This document shows, piece by piece, positions 10,217 through 19,951 of a DNA stretch of 64,000 nt (position 1 is its first letter; each line of letters begins with the position of its first letter). The stretch is from an uncultured delta proteobacterium. Lineage in GTDB: Bacteria > Desulfobacterota > RBG-13-43-22. Below the pieces are notes generated by a model, which saw only the letters and a program-made list of their open reading frames with translations, was not told the origin of the DNA and did no database searches. A program made the position numbers and the translations under genes. The stretch is from contig CAVQFQ010000025.1 in NCBI GenBank assembly GCA_963711835.1, positions 1-64,000 of the forward strand, written 5' to 3'.

Positions 10217-12124
10217 ATGGAAGCGCTGACTGCTATTCTAATTCTGTTGCCTTTCGGTACGGCTGTTCTTTGCTATTTGGCGAGAATCCGGGTCATTCGG
10301 AATATCATTGTCTTGATTTCCGGAGGCCTGCTCATCGCCAGCGCCTTTCTCCTTATCCCCTACACCCCGTTTTCCTTTTCACCCAAGTTTCTTTTCGGCC
10401 TTAGCACACATACCTTCCTGCAGGTGGGAGATTTTTTACTCCCCTTGCTTTTTCTTTATTTTGGTTTCAAGCATAACAGCCTTTTGGTAAAAATTTTCTC
10501 CATCCTGCAGCTTATTTTTATTCTGTTTATCGATTTTTTCCTTCTCAAAGAGGATTCCGCTACTTCCGTATTTTACTGTGACAATCTATCCCTTTTAATG
10601 GTCCTGATCGTTTCAGTGGTGGGCTCCCTGATCGCCTTCCAAGCCATTCCCTACATGAAAAATCATGAGGAACATTTGCATCAGAGCCCGTCCAAGCAAC
10701 CGGGATTCTTCCTGGTTATTTTTCTGTTTCTGGGGGCCATGAACGGCCTGGTGTTAGCCAATGATTTGATGTACGTCTATTTCTTTTTTGAAGTGACGAC
10801 CTTGTGTTCCTTCCTCTTGATCCGCCATGATCAGACAGAACGGGCCATCAAAAATGCCGTCCGGGCGTTGTGGATGAACAGTCTGGGAGGAATCGCCTTT
10901 GCCTTGGCCTTGATCCTTATCCTGATCCAATTTAATTCCACGGATTTGCAGCGGCTGGTTCAACTCCCTCCGGCGGTTGGCTTTTACCTCTTGGCCCTGG
11001 CCCTGATTTGTGTGGCCGCCTTTGTGAAATCAGCCCAATTCCCCTTTCAAAGCTGGCTACTCGGGGCCATGGTGGCCCCGACTCCGGTCTCGGCTCTACT
11101 CCATTCCAGCACCATGGTTAAAATCGGGGTTTACCTGGTCCTGCGGTTTACCCCGGCTTTGGAAAATACCTTTTTAGGCCTATGCGTAGCCCTGATAGGG
11201 AGTTTCAGCTTTCTATCCGCTGCCGCCCTGGCTGTGGGACAAAGCAACGGCAAGAAAGTTCTGGCCTATTCCACGATCAGCAACCTCGGTCTGATCTTTG
11301 CCTGCGCCGGTATTAATACCCCGGAAGCCTTTACCGCCGGGGTATTCCTGATACTTTTTCACGCCCCCATCAAGGCCCTGCTGTTCTTATCCGTAGGGAC
11401 GATAGAGCAGCATATCGCCAGTCGTGATATTGAAGATATGCGGGGTCTCTATGCCAAAATGCCCCTGACGGCCTTGATCACGGTTTTCGGCGTTGTTATG
11501 ATGCTGATGCCCCCCTTCGGCCTTTTATTATCCAAATGGATGGCCATACAAGCTGCCGCCAAGAACCCTCTTTTTATTATTTTGCTGGCCACCGGCAGTG
11601 CCCTGACGGTCATGTATTGGGCCCGATGGGCGGGTACGCTCATGAGCGATCCTTTTGCCGGGAAATTCCACCCGGAAAGGCAGCCTCTGCTCACCTGGCT
11701 TGATCTCGGATCCCTGGCTTTAGGGGCAGGAGGATTGAGTGTCGCGGTGCCCTGGGTATACCAATGGCTCTTTAGAGTGGATATGATCAGGGGCTACACG
11801 CCCCCCTACCAGGTGACCAATGGCATCCTGGAAAACGGCTATGGTATTTTCCCCGTCCTTCCCCTGTCCTTGATCGCTTTTATAGGCCTTATCGTTTCCT
11901 TCGGCTTTCTCTTCAGGGCCACCAAGTCGCGTATTGTCCCTTCTTACCTAAGCGGCCTGGAAACGGAAAATCCAGGGGTTTTCAGGGGCCCCATGAACCA
12001 ACCCGTGGCCGCCGAAGCCAGGAACTATTATCTCGGGCACATCTTCGGCGAATCCAAGCTGACGGTCTGGATCAACCTGGGCGCCGGCGTGTTACTCATC
12101 CTTCTTTTAGGAGGGGCCTTATGA
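10217..12124 (+). CDS. echA: Ech hydrogenase antiporter-like membrane subunit A
   Basis: NuoL/MrpA-like; KSAQFPFQSWL, AMVAPTPVSALLHSSTMV; first gene of a six-gene Ech order. Confidence 0.92.
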   Translation: MEALTAILILLPFGTAVLCYLARIRVIRNIIVLISGGLLIASAFLLIPYTPFSFSPKFLFGLSTHTFLQVGDFLLPLLFLYFGFKHNSLLVKIFSILQLIFILFIDFFLLKEDSATSVFYCDNLSLLMVLIVSVVGSLIAFQAIPYMKNHEEHLHQSPSKQPGFFLVIFLFLGAMNGLVLANDLMYVYFFFEVTTLCSFLLIRHDQTERAIKNAVRALWMNSLGGIAFALALILILIQFNSTDLQRLVQLPPAVGFYLLALALICVAAFVKSAQFPFQSWLLGAMVAPTPVSALLHSSTMVKIGVYLVLRFTPALENTFLGLCVALIGSFSFLSAAALAVGQSNGKKVLAYSTISNLGLIFACAGINTPEAFTAGVFLILFHAPIKALLFLSVGTIEQHIASRDIEDMRGLYAKMPLTALITVFGVVMMLMPPFGLLLSKWMAIQAAAKNPLFIILLATGSALTVMYWARWAGTLMSDPFAGKFHPERQPLLTWLDLGSLALGAGGLSVAVPWVYQWLFRVDMIRGYTPPYQVTNGILENGYGIFPVLPLSLIAFIGLIVSFGFLFRATKSRIVPSYLSGLETENPGVFRGPMNQPVAAEARNYYLGHIFGESKLTVWINLGAGVLLILLLGGAL

Positions 12125-12972
12125 TACCTGAAGCCGTTCTTTTCATCGGCAGCTTGATTGTCGCCCCCCTGGCGGGAGGTTTTCTTTCTGGAATGGATCG
12201 GATCATCACGGCACGCCTGCAAGCGCGCATCGGTCCACCTCTGCTCCAGCCTTTTTATGACCTTTTCAAACTCCTGAGGAAAGAATGGCTGGTGGTTAAT
12301 GTCTGGCAGGCTTTTTGCGTCAATTGTTATATTGCCGCCGCCTCCATTTCGGTTGGCCTTTTGGTTCTCAAGTCAGATCTGCTGTTGATTCTGTTTATTC
12401 AGGCGGTTGGGGCCATTTTCCTGGTTGTGGGTGCCCTTACTTCGACCTCTCCCTACAGCCAGGTAGGGGCCCACCGGGAACTGCTCCAGATCCTCTCCTA
12501 TGAACCCCTGGTCATCCTCATGGTAGTCGGAATTTATTTGGAGACCGGCAGCTTTAAGATCCAGGCCGTCATGGATTGGGACCAGCCTCTTCTGCTGCGA
12601 CTTCCCTTCCTCTTTCTGGTCTTGGGTTATACCTTACTGATCAAGCTCAGAAAATCCCCGGTCGATCTTTCCACCTCCCACCATGCCCACCAGGAATTGG
12701 TCAAGGGGATAATGACCGATTATTCCGGTCCTTATTTGGCCCTGATTGAAATCGCCCATTGGTACGAGATCATGCTTTTTTTGGGCCTGAGCACCCTTTT
12801 CTGGGCCACCAGTTGGGTAGGCATGTTCATCCTGGGGGCGGTCCTATTTTTGGTTGAAATCCTGGTGGACAATACTACCGCCCGGTTAAATTGGCGTTGG
12901 ATGCTGAGTTACTCTTGGGGCATCGGAATAACTTTGTCCCTGGTTAATCTTATTTGGTTGTACATGCGATAG
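12121..12972 (+). CDS. echB: Ech hydrogenase membrane subunit B (NuoH-like)
   Basis: RLQARIGPPLLQPFYDLFKL; ATGA overlap with echA. Confidence 0.92.
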   Translation: MIPEAVLFIGSLIVAPLAGGFLSGMDRIITARLQARIGPPLLQPFYDLFKLLRKEWLVVNVWQAFCVNCYIAAASISVGLLVLKSDLLLILFIQAVGAIFLVVGALTSTSPYSQVGAHRELLQILSYEPLVILMVVGIYLETGSFKIQAVMDWDQPLLLRLPFLFLVLGYTLLIKLRKSPVDLSTSHHAHQELVKGIMTDYSGPYLALIEIAHWYEIMLFLGLSTLFWATSWVGMFILGAVLFLVEILVDNTTARLNWRWMLSYSWGIGITLSLVNLIWLYMR

Positions 12973-12984
12973 GCTGATAAAGAA

Positions 12985-13413
12985 ATGTTTAAAAAACTAA
13001 CCCAACGGTCACGGACGAAATCGCCCTGGCTTCTCCACTTTGATTGCGGGAGTTGCAACGGTTGTGATATCGAGGTCTTGGCTTGTTTGACCCCGGTCTA
13101 TGATATCGAACGGTTCGGCATCATCCATGTCGGAAATCCCAAACACGCCGACCTGTTGCTGGTAACCGGGACGGTAAATTATCGTAACCGGAAGGTCCTG
13201 ACCAATCTTTACCAGCAGATGCCCGATCCCAAGATTGTGGTGGCCATCGGCGCCTGCGGCTTATCCGGGGGAATTTTTCGGGAGGCCTATAATGTAGTCG
13301 GCGGGGTGGACCAAGTCATCCCGGTAAACGTGTATGTCCCAGGCTGCCCCCCCAAACCGGAGGCGATTATTGACGGGGTAGTTTTAGCCTTGGAAAAATT
13401 CAGTTCCTTATAA
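12985..13413 (+). CDS. echC: Ech hydrogenase small subunit C
   Basis: CGSCNGCDIE, GACG, VPGCPPKP Fe-S motifs. Confidence 0.94.
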   Translation: MFKKLTQRSRTKSPWLLHFDCGSCNGCDIEVLACLTPVYDIERFGIIHVGNPKHADLLLVTGTVNYRNRKVLTNLYQQMPDPKIVVAIGACGLSGGIFREAYNVVGGVDQVIPVNVYVPGCPPKPEAIIDGVVLALEKFSSL

Positions 13414-13422
13414 GGAAGAGGC

Positions 13423-13791
13423 ATGGAAGGCCCAATCCAATCCATTAAACCCGATCAGGTGCTGGGAGAAACGGCACGTATTAAGGCCGAAGGGTATCGC
13501 CTGGTAACCCTTTCCTGTGTCGAGAGGGATGAAACCCAAGTGGACATCCTTTATCACTTTGATAAAAATTTGCAGATGGCTCATTTGCGTCTGACCGTAA
13601 CCAAGGATACCCCCATCCCCAGCATAACGCCGGTCTTTTTAGCTGCTTTTCTGGTGGAAAACGAGATTCAGGATATGTTCGGGCTTCACTTCGAAGGGTT
13701 GCCCATTAATTTTAACCGTACCCTCTATCTGGAAGAGGAGATTGGGAAGGCCCCTATGTGCACCTATTCGGTGACCCGAAAACAAGAATAG
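13423..13791 (+). CDS. echD: Ech hydrogenase subunit D (NuoC-like)
   Basis: ILYHF...SITPVF.AAFLVENEIQDMFG; operon position. Confidence 0.9.
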   Translation: MEGPIQSIKPDQVLGETARIKAEGYRLVTLSCVERDETQVDILYHFDKNLQMAHLRLTVTKDTPIPSITPVFLAAFLVENEIQDMFGLHFEGLPINFNRTLYLEEEIGKAPMCTYSVTRKQE

Positions 13792-13847
13792 TGGAAATTA
13801 ACCTAAACCATTCAAACGAATCAATCGATTAGCCGACTTATCTGCAA

Positions 13848-13884
13848 AATCTCCCTCTTTAACAAAGGGGGGAAGGGAAGATTT
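13848..13884. repeat. Short REP-like hairpin between echD and echE
   Basis: aatctccctctttaacaaaggggggaagggaagatt imperfect inverted repeat. Confidence 0.45.
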
Positions 13885-13918
13885 AGAAGGTTATAATACC
13901 AGAGAGACGTAGCCTATC

Positions 13919-14995
13919 ATGACCAAAACCATTATACCCTTTGGCCCTCAACACCCGGTTTTACCGGAGCCGATCCATCTGCAGCTTACCCTCGAAGATG
14001 AGATGATTACCGATGTCATCCCAGCCTTGGGGTTTGTACATCGGGGGTTGGAGAAATTAGTAGCGATCCGGGACATGCATCAAATGGTCCAGGTGGTGGA
14101 AAGGGTCTGCGGCATCTGTTCCATGATCCACGCCATGTGTTACGCCCAGGGCCTGGAAACCTTACAGGGACTGGAAGTCCCCCCCCGGGCCAGATTCCTC
14201 CGAGTCATCTGGTCGGAACTCCATCGCATTCACAGCCATCTCCTCTGGCTCGGTCTCTTTGCCGACAGTTTTGGTTTTGAGAGCCTCTTTATGCAACTCT
14301 GGAAGATCCGGGAAAAAATCCTGGATATAAATGAAGCTACCGCGGGAAATAGAATCATCGTTTCCGTCAATGTAATTGGCGGGGTAAGAAAAGACCTCAC
14401 CTCGGACCAGATGCTGTGGATCAATGCTGGACTCAATGAGGTGGAAAGAGAACTCAAGGCCCTGGAAAAAACCCTGCTGAAGGATTATACCGTCCAAAAG
14501 CGCACCGTGGGAAAAGGAGTAATCGGGAAAAACGAAGCCTATGAACTGGGCTTGGTCGGACCCACGGCCAGGGCCAGCGGGATCGCCCAGGATATGCGGC
14601 AGTTGAAATATGCCGCTTTTAATGAGCTCGATTTTGAACCGGTGGTGGAAACCGGGGGGGACTGTTTCGCCCGTCTGAAGGTTCGTCTAAGGGAAATCTA
14701 CCAATCGGTGGATCTTGTTCGCCAGGCGTTATCCAAAATACCGGAAGGAGAATTGGCGGCCAAGGTAAAAGGAAAACCCGAAGGGGAGATGGTGTCCCGA
14801 ATAGAACAGCCCCGTGGGGAACTGCTTTATTATATCAAAGGGAAAGGGGAAAAATATCTGGACCGTCTCCGGATCAGGACGCCTACCTTTGCCAACATCC
14901 CGGCCCTGATCCACATGCTCCCCGGCATGTTCCTTTCCGATGTCCCGACGATCGTACTATCAATCGACCCTTGCATCAGTTGCACGGAGCGGTAA
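13919..14995 (+). CDS. echE: Ech [NiFe]-hydrogenase large subunit E (group 4)
   Basis: L1 ERVCGICS and terminal L2 DPCISCTER with no C-terminal extension. Confidence 0.95.
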   Translation: MTKTIIPFGPQHPVLPEPIHLQLTLEDEMITDVIPALGFVHRGLEKLVAIRDMHQMVQVVERVCGICSMIHAMCYAQGLETLQGLEVPPRARFLRVIWSELHRIHSHLLWLGLFADSFGFESLFMQLWKIREKILDINEATAGNRIIVSVNVIGGVRKDLTSDQMLWINAGLNEVERELKALEKTLLKDYTVQKRTVGKGVIGKNEAYELGLVGPTARASGIAQDMRQLKYAAFNELDFEPVVETGGDCFARLKVRLREIYQSVDLVRQALSKIPEGELAAKVKGKPEGEMVSRIEQPRGELLYYIKGKGEKYLDRLRIRTPTFANIPALIHMLPGMFLSDVPTIVLSIDPCISCTER

Positions 14996-15031
14996 AGTAT
15001 TAGAGATTGCCTTGTAAAAATTCAAAATTTA

Positions 15032-15187
15032 GACGACAAAGCAAAAAGCTCTCCCGCCCAGGCGGGACAAGGCGCGCGAACTCCGAGGAATGAGGTCTGC
15101 CGCGACGGATCGGAATGGTCCCACCAGAAGGCGGGAAAGTGCAATCCCGCGAAGCGCGGGACAGATGGACTTTTTGAGAAGTCGTCA
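15032..15187. mobile_element. MITE-like intergenic element with terminal inverted repeats and nested small palindromes
   Basis: gacgac..aaaaag / ctttt..gtcgtc ends; internal tcccgcccaggcggga, cccaccagaaggcggga, tcccgcgaagcgcggga. Confidence 0.55.
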
Positions 15188-15203
15188 AAAATTATGGTGA
15201 CTT

Positions 15204-15575
15204 ATGTTTAAGATGACCTCCATCATACTGGAAAACTTTTTTAGCCCCCGGGCGACCCGCCCCTATCCTCGGACGGAGAGGAAACCCTTTGCCGACGTTC
15301 GGGGAGAGCTTTACAATGTCATTGAAGAATGCACCTTCTGTACGGCCTGCGCCGTGAAATGTCCGTCTCATTGTCTTGAGGTGGATCGAAAAAAAGCTAC
15401 CTGGGAGTATGACCCTTTCGTCTGTGTATTCTGCGGGATCTGTGTTGAAATCTGTCCCCCCAAGTCCCTCCATCTAAAGGAAAAATACCGGGCTCCGGTG
15501 AAAGCCAAAGAAAAGGTTTTCATGCAGGGTGAATTGAAAAAAAAGACTTCGGAATCCAACTCTCCAAGTGACTAA
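15204..15575 (+). CDS. echF: Ech hydrogenase 2x[4Fe-4S] subunit F
   Basis: CTFCTACAVKCP and CVFCGICVEICP. Confidence 0.93.
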   Translation: MFKMTSIILENFFSPRATRPYPRTERKPFADVRGELYNVIEECTFCTACAVKCPSHCLEVDRKKATWEYDPFVCVFCGICVEICPPKSLHLKEKYRAPVKAKEKVFMQGELKKKTSESNSPSD

Positions 15576-15762
15576 CAACCTGTTATCAGGAAACTGCTGA
15601 AGGGATCGAATCGCCTGCCGGCCTTTCAATTTCTTAGACCGGCCCCTTTTATCTTTTCTTCTTGATCCCTCTTCTTTTTTTAAAGGATACCCCATAACGC
15701 TCGTCCCACCTTGTTTTCTTTAATTATAACTGAATTACATGGGCAGGCCTAATCAAATCTTT

Positions 15763-16551
15763 TTAAAATGTAATGGCAACTTTAATGGGTTTATCCGGTC
15801 TAAATCCTAAAATTTCTGCGGCGCTGCCCAGGTTGGAGGCGATTTCCAGATACCCGCTGCTGCCGATGAGGGCCATCAGCCGGCCGGGTTTTCCCTGGGA
15901 ATACGTCCGATGGAATTGAGAAATGGTTCTATTCCCGATCCTTATTTTAACGGAAGAAGAGGACAAAAAAGGCCGCAACTGTTCCTGCCTGATATTGGTA
16001 ATCAGATTGCCGAAATGATCGGTCCAGAGGACCTGCCCGATGATTTTATCCGCCATTTGTTCCGGCTCGGGGATGGGCAGGAGCAGCGGATCGGAGATCG
16101 GTTCTCCCATATCCTTCAAGGAAACACCCAAACTGAGATGAGCAGCCGCCGGGGCCAGGATGTCCCGGCCGTGAAAGGTGGCGGAAATAGTTTTCAGAAA
16201 GTATTTCCGGTTGATTAGGTTAAACAAAGAAGCCTTTGGGTTTTCCTTGAACACCAGGGTAAAGAGGCCGTTGTCCGGTCCTATCCAAAAGCGGTCTTTC
16301 CCCTGAATGCCGATGAGACGCCGGTCTCCTCCAACGCCCGGATCAACGACCGTGAGATGGATGGTTCCGGCAGGAAAATAAGGGGTGGCGGTATTCAGGA
16401 TAAAAGCCGCTTCCAGAAGGCGCTTATGGGACAGGGAATGGGTCAGATCGACGATGACGGCCTTGGGATTGATCTTAAGGATGACCCCCTTGATGATCCC
16501 CACATAAGGATCCGCCAATCCGAAATCAGTGGCCAGGGTTATAAGTCCCAT
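15763..16551 (-). CDS. SAM hydroxide adenosyltransferase (DUF62; chlorinase/fluorinase superfamily)
   Basis: LATDFG, VVDPGVG, GPDNG, TFHGRD, DHFGNLITN. Confidence 0.9.
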   Translation of the reverse strand: MGLITLATDFGLADPYVGIIKGVILKINPKAVIVDLTHSLSHKRLLEAAFILNTATPYFPAGTIHLTVVDPGVGGDRRLIGIQGKDRFWIGPDNGLFTLVFKENPKASLFNLINRKYFLKTISATFHGRDILAPAAAHLSLGVSLKDMGEPISDPLLLPIPEPEQMADKIIGQVLWTDHFGNLITNIRQEQLRPFLSSSSVKIRIGNRTISQFHRTYSQGKPGRLMALIGSSGYLEIASNLGSAAEILGFRPDKPIKVAITF

Positions 16552-16580
16552 TTCGTTTGATCGCTTTGTCCCTTTCTCGA

Positions 16581-17714
16581 TCAGCCGCTCTGGTGCATCT
16601 TGGTGAAAACGGCTTTCAGGGTGATGTTTCGAAGAAATTGAAAAAGGTGATCGGCCAAGACCCGATAATTTCGATTTTCCTGAACAATCCTTTGGCCGCG
16701 TTCGCCCATGAGCTGCAACCGTTCCTTTGATGTCGTCAGTATTTCTTCAACTTTGGCCCGGATCCCTTCTTTGGTAAACTCGGCAAAAAAAGCGCATCGG
16801 TCGTCAAAGAGAGCATCGTATTCGGGCAGGTGGTTCAGAAGGGCGGGCAGGCCCAGGCCGTAGTATTCCAAGGTCTTGGTCGGGGAAGAGACCCGGTATA
16901 ATTCATTATCGGGGACCAATCCGACTCCGATATCATATTTTTTCATTTTCTGAAAGAGCTGCTGCCGGGGCAGGAAGGGAAAGACCTCGATCCGGGGATC
17001 TTTTAGTTTTTTGATCCGGGCGACCGTTTCATTCCGGCTGGCGGTGTAAAAATGCAGCACAAACTCCCCGGGCGTCTCATGAAAGGCCTCGGCCACCAAA
17101 GCGCTTTTTCTCAATGGATCTGCCGTTCCGGTATGAATAAATCCTATTTCTCCCGTTCTTTCGGGTTCAGGGGAAGGGAGGGACTCGAAATTCACCCCCA
17201 TGGGTAAGACGAAAACATCGGAGACAAAGGCCGGGAACCAGGTTTTTCTAAAGAGATCGGAGATGACGATCAGAAAATCGCATTGTTGGACCAGCCGATT
17301 TTCAAAATAGCGGCTGATTTTATACTCCAGGGTTTTCCTGGAAACGGCTTTCCTCCTGGCCTGGGCCTCGAAAACCCTTCGGAAACTGTGGGGAAAGGAT
17401 GGCCAGAAACCTACTTTATATCCGTACCGGGACCGGCCCTGAAGGACCCTTTTCAGAACCGGGAAAAAGTTTCTGACGATGACGATATCGATGTCTTTGA
17501 GGGAGATAAACCGATCCAGTTCCCGGCAGATGTCCCGGCGCTTGAAGGCATAGGGCAGGATAATCCGATTGCCCTGCTGATGGCCCTTGGAGTGCACCCT
17601 GGTAAAGAAGGTTAAAAAGACCCGGCCTTGTTGGGAAAGGGGTCTGCCGAAGACCCCTTCGATGGCCGAATGGCTGGAGCCCTCAAATTGGTCGGTGATG
17701 CACAATACGTTCAT
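16581..17714 (-). CDS. Glycosyltransferase (GT-B, family 4-like)
   Basis: LPMGV, SSPTKTLEYYGLGLP; LPS cluster context. Confidence 0.75.
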   Translation of the reverse strand: MNVLCITDQFEGSSHSAIEGVFGRPLSQQGRVFLTFFTRVHSKGHQQGNRIILPYAFKRRDICRELDRFISLKDIDIVIVRNFFPVLKRVLQGRSRYGYKVGFWPSFPHSFRRVFEAQARRKAVSRKTLEYKISRYFENRLVQQCDFLIVISDLFRKTWFPAFVSDVFVLPMGVNFESLPSPEPERTGEIGFIHTGTADPLRKSALVAEAFHETPGEFVLHFYTASRNETVARIKKLKDPRIEVFPFLPRQQLFQKMKKYDIGVGLVPDNELYRVSSPTKTLEYYGLGLPALLNHLPEYDALFDDRCAFFAEFTKEGIRAKVEEILTTSKERLQLMGERGQRIVQENRNYRVLADHLFQFLRNITLKAVFTKMHQSG

Positions 17715-18783
17715 AACAATCAAAGACCTCTTCAACCGAAATCAGGCGCATGGCTTCATCGCTTCTTTTTTCCTTGGGCAGCTTTTGCACAAACCCGCCC
17801 TCTTTCTGGATGACCCAGTGCCGCTCCGGATCCTGATAAGGGCCGATGCGTTGGCTGTCGGTGGCCGAAAAAAGCGACAGGGTTTTAATGCCCAGGGCCA
17901 CGGCCAGGTGCAGGGTTCCGGTATCATTGGTAATCAATAGGTCCAGTTCATTTATTAAAAAAGGTAATTCATTAACGGACAGGTTTCCGCAGGTGTTGAA
18001 GACCCTTTCTTTTAAAGCGGATCGGATGGTTTCAGCCAGGGGATATTCCTTCCGATTGCCGGTGATCAGGATGGAAAGACCAGGATCCTGATCCAGGATC
18101 TTTTTGCCCAGGGCAATAAAATGTTCCCGGGGCCACATTTTATAGCGATTGGCGGCCCCGATTTGAAAGCCGATCAGAGGGCGACCGGCGGGCAGGTAAG
18201 CTTTTATTTTTTCAGAAGCTTCCTTATCTTCCGGAAGAGGGAGTTCCATACGGCTCTCGATGACCTGTCCGCCTATTTTTCGAACCAGGTCCAGGCGTTC
18301 TTCGATGACATGCCGAACCGTTTTCTGAAAGCGATGGGAGAGAAGATGTCGGTATTCCGAGTCGGTGGGATGCTTGAGGATGAAGGAGGCGCCGCTCAAG
18401 ACCGCCAGGGCGATGTCCTGAGGGCCGTTGCCGTGGAAGATCAAGACCGCTTCGGGTTTATCATCACGCAATCGGTTGACGGTTCTGAAAAAATGCTTAT
18501 ACCCTCCATGATAGATTACGAGGTCATCCAGGTAGGGATAGTCTTTCATCAAAGGCTGCATCCTTTTGTGGATCAGTCCCGTGACCCGGGAATCCGGAAA
18601 GGATTTTTTTAGGCTCTTCATGGCCGGGGTGGATAGAAGAGTATCGCCGAGAGTTGTGGAAGAAACGGCCAAAAAACGTTTGGGCCTGACTGACAACTTC
18701 TCAATCGCACCGATCTGCCCCCGGTTTTTTCGCAGGTATTCCTTTAGATAGAGATCCAATAATTTGTGAAAAAGTTTTTCCAT
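17683..18783 (-). CDS. GT9 heptosyltransferase-family protein
   Basis: TLGDTLLSTPA, ITNDTGTLHLAVALG. Confidence 0.88.
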   Translation of the reverse strand: MEKLFHKLLDLYLKEYLRKNRGQIGAIEKLSVRPKRFLAVSSTTLGDTLLSTPAMKSLKKSFPDSRVTGLIHKRMQPLMKDYPYLDDLVIYHGGYKHFFRTVNRLRDDKPEAVLIFHGNGPQDIALAVLSGASFILKHPTDSEYRHLLSHRFQKTVRHVIEERLDLVRKIGGQVIESRMELPLPEDKEASEKIKAYLPAGRPLIGFQIGAANRYKMWPREHFIALGKKILDQDPGLSILITGNRKEYPLAETIRSALKERVFNTCGNLSVNELPFLINELDLLITNDTGTLHLAVALGIKTLSLFSATDSQRIGPYQDPERHWVIQKEGGFVQKLPKEKRSDEAMRLISVEEVFDCYERIVHHRPI

Positions 18784-18805
18784 GGGCCAATGATTTTGAG
18801 AAGAT

Positions 18806-19951
18806 CTAAGGCCTTAATCCTGTTTTAGCGCGAAGGACTTCACGGTACAATCCCAAAAGACCCTCCAGATGGCGATCCCAGGTATGTTGTCGCAGGATTT
18901 GCAGGTTTATTTCACGGATTTCTTCCAAGTTCAGATTCACGGTCCTGGAAATGGATGCGGCTAAGGAGACCGTCTCGGATGGGTCCTCGACTATAAAGCC
19001 GTTGCCCCCCTCGATAATGTCCTCGGAGGCCCCGTTCATTTTCGTCGTAACGACAGGAAGGCCGAAGGACATGGCCTCCAAACAAGCGCTGCTGAAGGGT
19101 TCATAGATGCTGGGCAGGACAAAAAGGTCGGCTTCCCGGTAGTAGGGTGTCGCATCAGGCACCGGACCGGTGAAGGTTAAACGATTCTCTACCCCCAGTC
19201 CTTTGGCCAGCCTGACGGCCTTTTTACGGTTTCCATGGCCCACAATCAGGAGCCGGACTTCGGTTTCTTTCAAGATAAGCGGAAGGGCCTGTATCAAAAA
19301 GTAAAGGCCTTTACGCTGAAAGCCGGAGCCTACAAACAGGATGTTTTTTTCTTCTTTGCCCCTCACCCCTGTCCTCTCCGACTCGGCTGAGCTCGTCGCA
19401 GGCCCCAAAGGGAGAGGGAGATTAAGGGGAAGCGGATTGTAGATTACTCGGACTTTCTCCGGGGCTACCTGGTAGTGGCTCAAGATCTCGTCCCGACCCC
19501 GCTGGGAATTGGCAATAAAAAATTGGGTGCCGCTTTTTTCAAAGAGCCTCCTTTCCATAACCAGGGTCACCCAGTGGAAAGGGTTTAACTTCACCCCGAT
19601 TGTCTTGTGACAGGGATCATATTTTTGGCGTTGCCGCAGCCATTCACGATGACAGCCCTCTCCGGCTCGATAGACATCCTGGCAGGTTGTTTTTTCAAAA
19701 CTCTGGACCACATCAAAGGTGTTTTTTCTAAAAAGCCTTTCAACAGCGAGGTTGAAAGAAAGCAGTTTCCAAACTCCCCAACCCGTTATGAGCGGCAGGG
19801 GATGCACTTGAAGGCCTTGGCCATCCGGCCAGGAGTGGCTGAAGATATGAACCTCGTGACCCTGCTGAACCAAATGGCGGCTGAGGTTCATGACGTAGCG
19901 TTCCGCCCCGCCATGAAGGGAGTAACGGCGGCGGATGAGGGCTATCTTCAT
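18806..19951 (-). CDS. GT4 LPS core glycosyltransferase (WaaG/WabG-like)
   Basis: HGGAERY, FVGSGFQRKG, YEPFSSACLEAM. Confidence 0.88.
   Translation of the reverse strand: MKIALIRRRYSLHGGAERYVMNLSRHLVQQGHEVHIFSHSWPDGQGLQVHPLPLITGWGVWKLLSFNLAVERLFRKNTFDVVQSFEKTTCQDVYRAGEGCHREWLRQRQKYDPCHKTIGVKLNPFHWVTLVMERRLFEKSGTQFFIANSQRGRDEILSHYQVAPEKVRVIYNPLPLNLPLPLGPATSSAESERTGVRGKEEKNILFVGSGFQRKGLYFLIQALPLILKETEVRLLIVGHGNRKKAVRLAKGLGVENRLTFTGPVPDATPYYREADLFVLPSIYEPFSSACLEAMSFGLPVVTTKMNGASEDIIEGGNGFIVEDPSETVSLAASISRTVNLNLEEIREINLQILRQHTWDRHLEGLLGLYREVLRAKTGLRP

Noticed and set aside
13919-14995. [NiFeSe] hydrogenase
   Set aside because: The L2 motif is DPCISC with Cys codons and no in-frame TGA
15763-16551. 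SAM-dependent chlorinase/fluorinase
   Set aside because: The TFHGRD motif fits the hydroxide-using DUF62 type, and there is no biosynthetic cluster context
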